Made by a program: the position numbers and the translations under genes | Notes under the pieces: generated by a model | Seen by the model: only the letters and a program-made list of their open reading frames with translations | Databases searched by the model: none | What the model was told of the DNA's origin: nothing | From: Owenia fusiformis | Taxonomy: Eukaryota | DNA: 64,000 nt | Reading direction: 5' to 3' | Assembly: GCA_903813345.2 (NCBI GenBank) | Contig: CAIIXF020000001.1 | Location: forward strand, 17,112,001 to 17,176,000 | In this document: positions 52,120-64,000 of the stretch, one piece after another | Layout of the letters: every line of letters begins with the position of its first letter | How positions within the stretch are numbered: position 1 is the first letter of the stretch

Positions 52120-52417
52120 CAGGGTGATCTAAAAATGCAACCTTTTAGTATTAGATGTTACTTTCTCAATGTATGGTAGAATTTTCATGAATCTTTTTCT
52201 TGATTCAAGTTGGCAATCAATGACATATAAATTGCATCTAGGACCTAAGAGAAATCAAGTTATATTTCCCTGGTCTTGTATCAAATTATCCCAAAATATT
52301 ATTTTCTAAATCACGTTTTGCTCGAACTGAGCACTCTTCATGAGAACATTCAAGAAGATTCCACCAAAATTAAGAAAGTTCTACTAAAGTTAGAGGGTTG
52401 TTTTTTGGGTCACCCTG
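52120..52417. mobile_element. Tc1/mariner-type MITE
   Basis: TA|CAGGGTGATCTAAAAATGCAACC ... GGTTGTTTTTTGGGTCACCCTG; imperfect inverted arms. Confidence 0.65.
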
Positions 52418-52821
52418 TTGCTAATATATTATATTTGAAGTAGTGTTCATTGTATGTATCATGTATATTTATATATATGTCAGGTAACTCCTGTTTCTCT
52501 TCATGATTATGAAACCACAAACTCCATAAGTTTAGAATAATTCACAGTTGACATTGTTACATCTTGTTTATATCAGGTTTGACTCATGTTGGTCCTTCAA
52601 AAAATATTAGGTTAGAAATTACAAGTTGACGCCAAATTCACACTCTTTGCCGTTCACAGGGACTTTTAAAGTGCATTTGAAATCTAAATTTTCAATTTGG
52701 TGTTTAACTTCATTTGATATTTCAAAGTTTATGTCAAATGAATATAAATTCTCTTGAAGGTGTTTAATGTTGAGATAAAATTAAGCTATGCTATTTTGCC
52801 TGTAACAATAACAGTAATATA

Positions 52822-53881
52822 CAGGGTGTTCCAAAAGTAACAGGACAGGTGCTGGCATTTTGATAAATATGCCCCAATCATCTTCAAAATTTTACATAAT
52901 GTACTTCAATGTATCGTTACTAAGACTGCAAAGTTTCGACAAAATTAATGAAAATCTGGTAGAGTTATGGTTGCTATAGTAACATGACATCACAATACCC
53001 GGGGCAACATTACATGCAAAAAGTTACAGAGACATTAAGCATTTTGTACATGCCATATCATTTTGGACATGCCATATCAAAGTTGAAATGCAACAACTGG
53101 TGAGAATTACATTTGTTTTACATCATTTGATATTCCTATGTATCATCTACTTTGAAAAATAGGCTCCTCTTTGGTCTCCTCTTTGCTCTGTATCCATGAC
53201 CCAAACACATGAGTGAACCCATTTGAGGACATGTCACGCAGGGTCGATTGGACAATTTGGAGAAGGTCATTCTCATCTTTAAAGGTCTTAAAGCACTGAT
53301 TAGCATTCTGTTCTCAATATAAGTAAACATTAGATATTGCATGATCAGAGGAGTATGGTGCATGGTTTTAGACCTCAAGACCTGGCTCCTCTATAGCTGC
53401 ATGGTCTTTAATGGTGACCTGCGGGCAGGTGCGCTATCAAGGTAGATGACTGGCTTCAAATTGGGTCTTTTCAAAAACTCAACCGTGAATTGTTCAGACT
53501 GTTATACATAGTGATATTCCAGGTAATTGAATGAATATTATTATCATTATGAAATTATACTTGAATCTGAGTTGTATAGCAACACCTTTACAACAAAGCA
53601 ACTAATAAAATAAACAAGAAATGTATTATAGTAGGTGAATTAGATACTTTCTTCAGTAATGCAAAAATGTTAGATATCACATTTCCAGGAAAAAGTTGCC
53701 CCAGGTATTGGAATGTCATGTTACTATAGTAACCATAACTCTAACCGCATTTCATCATTTTTTCTGAAACTTAATAATTTTAGTTGCAATACTTCAAGGT
53801 ACAATTTGTGAAAATTTCAAGATACTTAGTGCAAAATTGACAAAATGCCAGCACCAGTCCTGTTACTTTTGGATAACCCTG
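52822..53881 (-). mobile_element. mariner deletion derivative with ~200-bp TIRs
   Basis: TA|CAGGGTGTTCCAAAAGTAACAGGAC ... GTCCTGTTACTTTTGGATAACCCTG|TA; minus-strand relic VIYLDSAPAR ... HAPYSSDHAISNVYLY (53341-53445). Confidence 0.85.
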
Positions 53882-54862
53882 TATACCCAATTAGCATTAA
53901 AACAAAGAGAGCACGTTATGGTCATTACAATTAAAAAGTACTTATACACTGTACTATGTGGTATTTAGCATGTACACCATGTAACCTAATATACTACGGT
54001 TTATATACTTGGATGATGTGAGAGGTTATTATAAAAATGAATTTGAATGAAACTGAATTTTTATAGTTAGAATCCAGCATATGGTATTACATCTTGTCTA
54101 ATCTGGAAAGTTCTCCAAGTAATGAAGTAAGATAACATGATTGTTGTTAATTGTGATGGAGATGTTCACAATCAAATTGTTCTGTTTAGAGAGTTATTCG
54201 CATAAACAGGTTTCACTGTATAATATAATTTGGATAATTCTGGAAATAGGAATATCTAGGTATTCAGATCAGGTCTGGTTTTAAAGAGACATTACCCTGT
54301 TAACAAACCACTTCAGATTAATGTTGTTTATATGTTATAAATATCTCAGATACAGATAGCGCTATATTGAGGAAAAGACTATTAAATCCTACATAGGAAT
54401 TTGCATGTGCACCTGAAGATCTCAAGTCCAGACTAACAACTCTTAAAGAAAAGCAATTTAACGAGAACGGAAAGCAAGTTGTCTGTAAGCTACTTCTTCT
54501 AAGTGAGCATCAAAACTACAAACTCGCCAGCCAGTTTACGACCACTTATTTTTTCTAACTGGCCATTACTCACTGGGTTGTTTGTATAATTAGCCAAATT
54601 GTCCAGTTGGATGCTATATGTTTTGATATCTTTGTCTAGATTCATGCTGGTTCATTTAATATATAAATGCTTGTTCGTAACATCTTATATATCTGATTGT
54701 GCTAATAAAATTAATGTTGATTGCTTTATGATCGTGACAGCTTTGATTTATTAATTTTCATTACAGATATTGAGGAGACAACGATAACAGCTAGGATGGT
54801 TGTGGAAGTTAAGCAGATTTTTATGAAAAAATTTAAAATTGTTCAATTTCCTATAATTTCAG

Positions 54863-54955
54863 GCAAAGAGAATGTGAAAGTGCAACAACAGAACTTCAAC
54901 GTTACAGAGACACAACATAGTAAATCTCCTAAAATGGAAAAGGTTACCCTCAGAG
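54863..54955 (+). CDS. KANK: Small in-frame KANK exon (93 bp; alternative upstream acceptor at 54766 gives 189 bp)
   Basis: Acceptor AATTTCAG and donor GAG|GTTAGT, phase 1 at both ends, compatible with the flanking exons. Confidence 0.5.
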
Positions 54956-55772
54956 GTTAGTCAGGGATTTTACGTCAATATTCTGGTTTCGTCAGTAGGA
55001 AACAGGACAGTGTTCATGCCTCTTGATTAAGGATATGGTTGGTAACTTTAATTGGAAAAGACTCCTTGTCAAATTCGTGTTTACTTTGGGTTTTCAGACA
55101 CTACACAACTAGGGAAATGTCTGGGAAATTGAATGAGTCATTCATTATGTTTTTTATATGGGAGTCAATATTTTAATGTTTGAATCTTGCTATTTACGCT
55201 TCTCCAGGTTTTGCTTCTATAAGGGAAGGGTGAAATCTAAGTAACTTCATTTTCTTGTAAGGTACTCTTAACTCTGAAAGTATAACCCATGCCTTGGTCA
55301 CCCTTTATATTGAATAATTGATAGAGAATGAGATGAGAATGATAACTTCAAAGTGGTAATTTTGAATCATCTAGCTTGAGTATACACTATTGCATAATAC
55401 TGGCTCTTTTGATTTTCATCACTTTATCAATCTTGTCAGAAGTTCAGTTTATGATCAGGCAATGGAGGGTTAATAAGAGAGTCTAAGCTATGAAGCTCTG
55501 CTAACAGAAGTTGATGAAATTGGGATCAAATGTCATTAATTATAATAGTTTTATATTTCATATATGCCTAACTATGCTATTAGAGCATACTATTGCCAAA
55601 TGAAATAATATTTTTGTAGTAGGAGTTCTAATATAAGACCAATGAACATCATTTAGCGAGTGAAAGGACACCAACAGACTAACTTTTCATTAAATAATAC
55701 TTTTAGACATACTCTATTCTTTATTTTTGAATTTTACTGCAATTTATTACCAAGATTTATTTATCCTTCCAG

Positions 55773-58700
55773 AGCGATCTGGAGAAAACGGAGTAAAAGG
55801 AGATGGCAAAACTGACCACATGGACTTTGTGGATGGCCGCTGCTCATGCTGTCCCTATGGTTACCATATCGACCTGGATTTCTTGCGTTATTGCGATGAT
55901 ATGGCCAATGGAAAATACCTTAAAAAATTAAAGAAAATTCATCGTGATAAACGCAAGTTACGAAAATCAATGGAAGTTTATCTGCAGCAACAAGAAATGA
56001 AAATGATGGATATAAATATTGGACCACCCCCTGATGTAGTGAACACGAGTGATCAACAGTTCATCCAGGGTCTTCAAGTTGAAGATGCAGCCAGTAATAA
56101 GATCCTTGATGAGATTGACACTTCCATTGAAGGCACATTAAGCTCTATTGATATCCTTATGGCAGCTGGTAAAGGAAAAGGCGGAAGTGAAAGTGAGAGT
56201 GATTTGGCTAGTCCATTATCCCCCCAGTATGATTCAAGACCATACCCATATCAACGTGACCGTCGTGGTTCATCCAGCTCAATGTCATCTGTTGATACTT
56301 TTGCAAGTCAAAGCGAGGCTTCCACTCCAATTCCCTTCCTTCACGTCAACTCAAAATATGCCAACATCACCTCAGAGAATCTGGCAGCAACTCTTGCCTC
56401 TCTTCCTGTATCTGCCGGCACCCCTTCGGGTCCCCAGTTATCACAAGCATCTCTACAGTCAATCAGAGAGCAAATGGCATTTAGTTTACAGAGAATGCGG
56501 GAGCTCGAGGAACAGGTGAAAGCCATTCCTATACTACAAGTAAGGATATCAGTGTTGAAAGAGGAGAAGAGATTACTGATGTTGCAGTTGAAGGCCAAGA
56601 CTCACAACTTTAATGTTCGCAGTGTGGGAGTTGGTGATTTCAAGACAGATCGCAATGAAATGATAGACTCTGGAAAAATCACAAATATCACAAGTACAGA
56701 TCACACAGAATCACACATGACAAGGCTAACTAGTAAGAAAACTTTTGACTATGGTATGTCTACTCCTAGAGCTGGTGAACGAGATGTGATTTCACCTGGA
56801 TTTGATGCAACATCTCCCTTGTCACCAGTCTCCCCATGGGGTTCAATTGATGGACAGATGCCCAAAAGCCCCAAGCCTAAGGTAGCTCCTAAACCTAAGA
56901 AGATGACCAGTGTAGGCGTAGGAGGAGGAAAGGTTACAGATTGGTACCTGGTACAACCCACCTTGCCTGATAATGCTACAGTACCTGGAGGTGGATGGCA
57001 GAAAATCACAGTTGAAGCTGGCAAGAAGGAACCTGTTTCTGTGCATCATACCACCAAACTTACAAATATTACGCTCACACCTAAATCTCCTGAACCAGTA
57101 CGTAAGGCTGCTATGAGGAGCATAGGTATAGGAGATGAAAGTGTGGAAGAGCCTTACCTACTGCAGCCAGCCATTGCCCCTAGCCACCAGATTGAGATGT
57201 TCCAGTCACACAATGTACACATCCATGAAAAGGAAATCCACACTGTTATGATTGATCAGGGCAAGGGAATTAAAGCCCTTAAATCACCAAAGCCTTTCGT
57301 TGCCCCTAAACCTGTAACAAGAAGTATTGGAACGGGTGATTCAAATGTGTTTGATACAGGAAGTGGTGTTCATGTACATGAGAAAGAACTGCGTACTGTT
57401 ATCCTTGAGCAGCCTCAACACCAACAGAAACGAACGAGAAATGTGGGGATAGAGTGCAAGGTTGCTACTAGAGATGTAGGCGTGATTTTCTATAGTGATG
57501 AGACCAAACCATCTACAAGGAGTATTGCTATAGGGGTTGGAGAATATCGCCCACCACCTGAACCTGAGACTCATACATCTAGTTCTGAGAGTAGCACTGT
57601 GTACACTAGAACCATCATGGAAGAACACCACCATGGACACAGAATAGGAGGTGGGGGACAAGTTGGTCTCAACTTACCCAATTCAGACAAAATCAGATTG
57701 GCCATCCAAGATGTTCTATCTAAATCTGTGAAATCAGCCACAACACAAACAAACTATTCCTCAAAAGATTTCGGCCAGACATGCTGTGCTATTAACACTG
57801 TAAGTAGAGGTACTGGTGGTGATACGATCGATGTTGAAGTACGGCCAGTCATGAAGACACGCTCCATGGGACTTCAAACGAAACCCTCAATGACCAACAG
57901 GACTTGCTCTACAGACATTGTCCACACACATACATCCACTACAAACACGCCATCCCCCAACCCTACACACAAGTCCACCAACACTGTTACAGTAGTGAAG
58001 TACCCTGCAGCCACTAACACTGATCCTAAGATGAACCATAAGACTGCCACCCAAACAGACCACAAAGTCTTCCTACACACAGAACAGCTCCTGAATACTG
58101 GAGTCAACACAGAGGAACCAAAAGTGCGGAACATGTCCACCGGCACAGATGAGAAAAAATTGACAGACTCTAATTTTGATTTTGAAATCACATTTAGTGA
58201 CCAATCCATGAATACTGTATCAATGGTGGACGATAAATCAACAAATACATTGAAGATAAAGAAAACTGACACAGGAGTAAGTGATGATACAATACAGAAG
58301 GTAGACTGTGATATGTGCGCTGCGAAAAAACGAATGATCAGTGTTGGAGTTGATCATAGAATCTCATCTCGCCAAGTAGGAGTTGGAAGCAGCTCAGTGA
58401 ATGATGTTGTTTGTGACAAATGTGGCCAGGTTCAGACAAGGGACAGGGGTGTAGGAGAAGACACAATTGACAGTTTTGATGTGGAAGTACAAGGTGTGGT
58501 TACAGAGACTATAGAAAAAGATCAAGTGTCTTGTATGTTACAAGCAGGTACCCCAACTAAAACAGCCAAGACAGTGAAGATTGCAAAGACTGAACCAACG
58601 ACAACAACAACTGTAAAAGAGGAAGTCGTCAGTCAAGACAGTTTACGAGATGTTGTCAGCAAAATTATCACAACAACTACAACAACTGAGGAAATCACCG

Positions 58701-60420
58701 AAGAGGAAGAAACTATAGAAGAAAAAACTGAACCTGTAAAGGAGGGTTCAAAAACAGAGAAATCTGAGTCGATTGTTGTGAGATCTGAACCAGAGGTGAA
58801 GACAGATGAAACACAAGAGGAAATAACCACAACTGTGACTAAGGTTGAGAAGTCTGAACCACAGTGGGACAGTGATGAAGGTCCACGTGAGATGGATGAA
58901 GATGAAATGGATGAAGATACATTCTTCATGGTCAGTGGTGGTGGAGGGTTTGACTCCGGTGATAGCGGAGAAGAAGAACAAGATAGATTTATATATGGGG
59001 GTGGTGAGACAACTAAAACTGGTGGATTCTTGGGAAGAAAGTTTGATGATTTATCAAATATTTCCCAAATAGAAGAATCACCCGAGAGAGATATTCCTAG
59101 CTTTAGAAGAACTACTACTTCTAAGGTTGAACCAGAACAGAAGACAAGTTCAAGTTTCACTAAGACTGTAACTACTAAATCAGAACCAGAGAGGGATTCA
59201 TCTTTCCAGACAAGGACTGTAACAAAAGCAATGAAGCCTGAACGAGACACCAGTTCCTCCTCATTTACTACAAAGACAGTCACATCAAGAGTTGAGCCCG
59301 AACATGATTCCAGTTTCACAACAAGGACAATAACAACACACAGTGAACCTACAGAAAAGTCATCTTTCGCACGGACAAGGAAAATTATGACTGAGGTGGA
59401 ACCAACAGTTGAAACAAAAACAATAACAAGGAAAACAATAACCAGGATTGTGAATGGGAAACCTGTTACGGAAGAAATAGAATTTGAAGGTGATGACGAT
59501 GGAAACTTTTTGGAATCTGGTGCAAGCTCAGGTGGATCCAGTTTCACTACCAGGAAAATTACATCATCTATTCCAATTACTCAGAAATCTACAACGAGAA
59601 CAATAACTAGAACAGTCGATGGCGAAACAGTGACGGAGGAGCACACTGAAGGAGATGAATCTGGTGAGAGAGTTGATGGGGGACGACAGAGAACACGTGC
59701 AAGTAAGATTATCACAAGAGATGCCCCCACTCCTGCAACCCAAGAAGTTATGACAAATAAAATGATCAACAGAATGATGGGTGGCTCACCAATAATGAAG
59801 GCCATGACAGAGACTTTTGACTTTGATGATAGTAATACAGTAGAAGAAGACAGGATTGTGTCTGAACAAAGCATCACTGAAACTGGAAAAGATGGGAAGG
59901 AAGTTACAAGGCAGCGTATCACAAAAATATTAAATGGGAAAAGAATCACGGAAGAAATCATCACTAAAGGTAATATAACTTCAAAAAGGATTTTATCAGA
60001 AAGTGAAGCATCCAAACCATTTGATGGTATGGCTGCTATGAATACGGGTACTACTTCTACAAGTGAACAAACTACAATAATTGCCAATAAGGGTTCAGAA
60101 GCCTTCCAAACCCAAACACAGGAACCGACAATGTCGTCCTTGAAATCTGTTGTCTCAAAGGCGATAGGAAGCTCAAGCTCAACAAGCAATAATAACAATG
60201 GCAATAAAGGAGGTGTAACCACCACTAAGACTGTAAGAACAGTACGACTTGGTGGTTCAGGGGATGATGAAACAACAGAGACAGTAACTGAAGTGACGAC
60301 ATGTGAAGATGGTACTAGTCTGGCAGATAATGGAGTCAAATCCATATTAAAGAGAAGAGATAGCACAGATAAATCTGCTGGGAAGAAGGGCATAAGCTTT
60401 GCTGAAGGAACAGTGGGAGG
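55773..60420 (+). CDS. KANK: KANK giant exon (4648 bp): KN motif, coiled coil, long disordered linker
   Basis: KN motif CSCCPYGYHIDLDFLRYCDDM...LKKL; coiled coil LQSIREQMAFSLQRMRELEEQVKAIPILQVRISVLKEEKR; RSVGVG-type repeats; KSILKR...KKGISF motif; acceptor CCTTCCAG (phase 1), donor GG|GTGAGT (phase 2). Confidence 0.93.
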
Positions 60421-61125
60421 GTGAGTTAAAGTAATCTCAGGATTTGCCTTAAGGTGGGGCAAGAGGAATGGTTACAAATTATTCAGTCAGATTACTTATT
60501 ATGCTTGTCCTACCTTAAGCTCATAGTCCAATTTCAATAAGATGAGATTATCTAGGCTATGCTCAAAATTTGAAATCATGTGATCTTTTACAAAATCAGT
60601 CCAAACTTTTATTCCACTTTTCACTTTTTTTTTACATCTAGTATTCATTGACAAAAACTAGACCATTAAATTTGATTTAGAATAATTATTTCTGTTTGAA
60701 TTGAAATATGAACTTGTTTCGAGGATTTTTTCAGTGCTTAGAAATAGATTAACCTGAACATGTATCAATGGGAGGTCATGTCTATGAATATCTTTGAAGG
60801 GACTGAATCTATTTTCTGATATACTTTATACATTAAGATTAATATCTCATGACAGCTACAAAAGATTCTTTCTATATAAAGGTCACTTGTGTTAAAGGTC
60901 TCATTTGGATGACCCAGAGATCATTTTAAACATTTTTTAAATCAACGTCAACATTATGTGGAAGTCCTATTTTATGTATACAACATGCTCATCAACATTC
61001 CTTACAGCATTTCAACACTCCATTTATTACACTTTTGAACTTATGAAAGATGATCTCGGGTTTAAATACTTTAACATTGTTGCTTCATAATGTCATCACT
61101 TTTTCTTCGTATCTCGCTTGTATAG

Positions 61126-61311
61126 ATATATCAGCAGTTCAGATGACAGCAGTTCAGACGAGGGAGAATCCGGTAGCGAATCCTCGTCAAGTTATGACGA
61201 GGGTTCATATGATGGTCGCCAAGGACAGATTGTGTATAAATGTAAAGATGATGAAGCCATTGCTCAAGGCCTTCCTGGTGCTAAGATGTTTGATCAAAAC
61301 ATTAGAGAAAC
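61126..61311 (+). CDS. KANK: Next KANK exon (G-YISSSDDSSSDE...), upstream of the ankyrin domain
   Basis: Acceptor CTTGTATAG in phase 2 completes GG+A; the Y-S/D/E-rich block matches the KANK G-YESTSSE position; donor AC|GTATGT at 61312. Confidence 0.85.
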
Positions 61312-62434
61312 GTATGTGATTCCATGTGCTTTGTACAACGCAATCTTGTAGCCTTAAGTTCACCCCACTTCTTACCCAGCACTGTAGCTTCATCTTACAC
61401 TTCTGAACTCACTGATTGCATTCTCCGTCTTGCTTTCTTTATGTTCAAGATCAAAATGACCTTTTTTCAAGAAAGAACATTTCATTATTAGAACTACAAG
61501 GGAAGTAAGGACAAAAATGTGAAATTACAAAATGACTGAATGGTACGATTGAATGCTTTCTGAAAGTTCTGGGTTGATGGTTCCAATACACAAAGTTCAG
61601 ATTTGCAATTGTTTCCAGTATTCCTGGATTTGAAATTTCTGAAAGAGTCCCAGTTGTAATTCTGTTCCTTGTCTTAGAACCACCTTCCTGATTCTGTTAA
61701 TGCTGAGATGTTATCTCAAAAGTTTCACACTGAATTTTAGATATAATCCATTCTGCTAGACCACCCATTCACATATCCTTGTTAACACGTCTTGGAGATG
61801 TCTTTGATTGAATTAAGAATTGACACTAAGATATTCACACTATTTAGTTAACTAAAAAGCCCATTTGATCACTGACCCAAAAACGAAAGTGATTTTGTAC
61901 ACAATTTGGTGGGAAGCATATGAGTTGACATCTCATCGCTGCTTTATATGTATTAATTTATCCACTAGAAAAGAGTCTTAACATAGTCTCAAAACACTCG
62001 ATCAGGTAGCTTGACCCAAAGATACAGCAAATGAAAAGCATTATGACCTGTCACTTTTACCATGTATAGACTTCCATTTTAACCTTGTTTTTTAATAAGA
62101 ACATGTATAAACATTGCTCACTCAATAAGCAGCATAGTCAAAAATAAGTCTAAAAGATATACAAAACTTGTATATGAATAAAAATGATTCATTTACTGGG
62201 TGAACCTTTTTTAGACGTCGATATTTTCATTAACAAAGGTTTGTGGCATTGGCTGTTCATGGTACAAGTCTGAGGTCATTTTCATTTTTTTTTATCAATT
62301 TTGGCATATTTAAGTTTTAACTCCAGCTTCGTATAATATCTCAGGTAGCTACTGTAGTTTAAGTGTTGGAATTGAAATGTTAATTCAATCTTTACTATAT
62401 TTTGCTGTTCGCTTTTAAGTCCTTTTATTATTTA

Positions 62435-62651
62435 CAGTAAAACTGTTGATGTGTATGATACTAAAATCTGGTGTTGGTATGTGAAAGGGGAAGTACAGAA
62501 AAACATTCTTTAGTGAACATATGAGTTATAGTGAACATGACTTTAACACACCTCGTACATTGACACCTATCCCCTTTGTGTAGTAAACACCTACCTACTA
62601 CAGTGAACACTTTTTGTGGCTCTAGGTGTTCACTATATACAGGTTTTACTG
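62435..62651. mobile_element. Degenerate pogo-type MITE
   Basis: TA|CAGTAAAAC ... AGGTGTTCACTATATACAGGTTTTACTG|TA; related solo ends at ~32219 and ~44412. Confidence 0.5.
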
Positions 62652-62757
62652 TACTTTCTTGTTGCAGTTTGCAAGACTGTTGTCGACCATCACTGTCAGC
62701 CAAAGTGACATGTTTTACTGTAAATTTGATAATTTATAATCATTACATACATGTATA

Positions 62758-63801
62758 CAGGGTGATCAATAAATAAGGTAAACGTATCTGGTATTTCTTC
62801 AGATTTTACCCAATCCTCATAAAATTTGCACAGAATAATGTTCAAACATTATTGAATTGAAATATTAAGTAACAGATCAAAGTGATGTGATTGGTTGAAG
62901 TTATGGTTGCCATAGCAACAGAAAGCATGAAGACCCGGGGCAACTATCAAAGAACTAAATTTTCAGTCGAAGCGCTTTTGATAATATATTTCAAATCACA
63001 ATTGAAATGACATATCATATTCTTATTTTATACTTCATAACTTCTCTACCTAAATGTCCTTTATTTTTACCATGTAGTTCATGTCTTCTACTCCAGTCTT
63101 TGAACACCTTTTTAAACCCATTTTCCCATAGCCTGCTGCAAATTTTTAAGATAGCTGACTTTAAGTCTTCCCATGAGAAACTACCTCAACTCCCTCTCCA
63201 GGTTGCCATGAAGGTAAAATGGCGAGCAGGAGAAAGTCAGGAGAGCATAGAACATGACCTAACAGTAGGAAACCCAGTGCTTCAATGTCTTGTACCGTGA
63301 GAATAGCATTGTGAGATGAAGCATTATCCCAGTGCAATGTGAAACGTTTTACGGCCTCTTCTTTCTCTTTGCCCTCATCAAATCTCTTCAGTATCGTTTT
63401 TCATCATTGACCTGTGTCATAGACTTTCTATGATCAAATCAGTTTATATTATATATTTATATTTTCCTGACATGAAAGACCAAATTTGCAAGTGAGTATG
63501 TAACAATGGTAATTAAGTATTAAAACAATAAATGCTGGCACCCATGTTTATTTCTTTTCAGTTTGAAAAAGAGGTGCTTTTTATCATTTTTCTTTCAAAT
63601 TGGACGCAATTAAATTGCCCCGGGTACCTCTGACTCCAGTTGCCATGGTAACTATAATATTAACCAATCAGATGACAGAATTTATGTATTTATATGTTTT
63701 AATTCAGAAATGTACAAGGTATATTCTGACCAAATTTCAGGATGTTTGGACCAATATTTACAAAATACCAGATACTTTTACCTTATTTATTGATCACCCT
63801 G
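62758..63801 (-). mobile_element. mariner deletion derivative with ~190-bp TIRs
   Basis: TA|CAGGGTGATCAATAAATAAGGTAAA ... TTTACCTTATTTATTGATCACCCTG|TA; minus-strand relic TLHWDNASSH (63311-63340) ... HVLCSPDF. Confidence 0.88.
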
Positions 63802-64000
63802 TATACAGTGTTCTGCTCATCTTTGAAGAGACTGCTCGATTGAGAATTTAATGATGTTTCAATTATTGAAAATCCATTGTATTTCATTTGAATTTTGGAA
63901 AATTATGAAAATTGGTTATTTTATGCAGTTCTGGACATTTCTTGGTCAGAATGGGTAAACAAGACATTTTGACTAATTGGGATATGTTTTCTGGGAAGAA

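Noticed and set aside
55727..55772. First 15 residues of the 1565-aa ORF call
   Set aside because: Intronic polypyrimidine tract with a TTG start; the exon begins at 55773.
56148..60462. Antisense and alternate-frame ORFs up to 304 aa over the KANK exon
   Set aside because: Shadow ORFs of a Thr/Glu/Ser-rich coding strand with no recognisable motifs.

Overview
AT-rich, intron-containing eukaryotic genomic DNA. The transposon repertoire and protein style suggest a marine invertebrate, possibly a lophotrochozoan, but the species cannot be determined here. Two host genes are supported: (1) a small Ly6/uPAR three-finger protein gene on the minus strand (2785-3228), and (2) the 5' part of a KANK (KN motif and ankyrin repeat) gene on the plus strand. 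KANK has phase-compatible coding exons at 35550-36369, 54863-54955, a 4.65-kb exon at 55773-60420 and 61126-61311; its ankyrin exons must lie beyond the window. Most of the remainder is transposon-rich intronic or intergenic DNA: a young 5'-truncated L1/Tx1-type LINE with an open 1066-codon RT ORF, three ~1-kb mariner deletion derivatives, pogo/Tigger derivatives, a 3.7-kb Academ-like foldback with two nested elements, hAT, Kolobok, Harbinger and Transib-like MITEs, Crypton-like hairpin elements and a Penelope relic. I found no CRISPR array, rRNA or intact tRNA, and no clear-cut novel multi-gene system. The most interesting signals are the Crypton-like hairpins with a recombinase N-terminus, two 64/74-bp mini-elements with their own TSDs, RFX X-box motifs shared by unrelated transposon ends, and a long proline-rich N-terminal extension on KANK. 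All coordinates were read by eye and no database searches were run.
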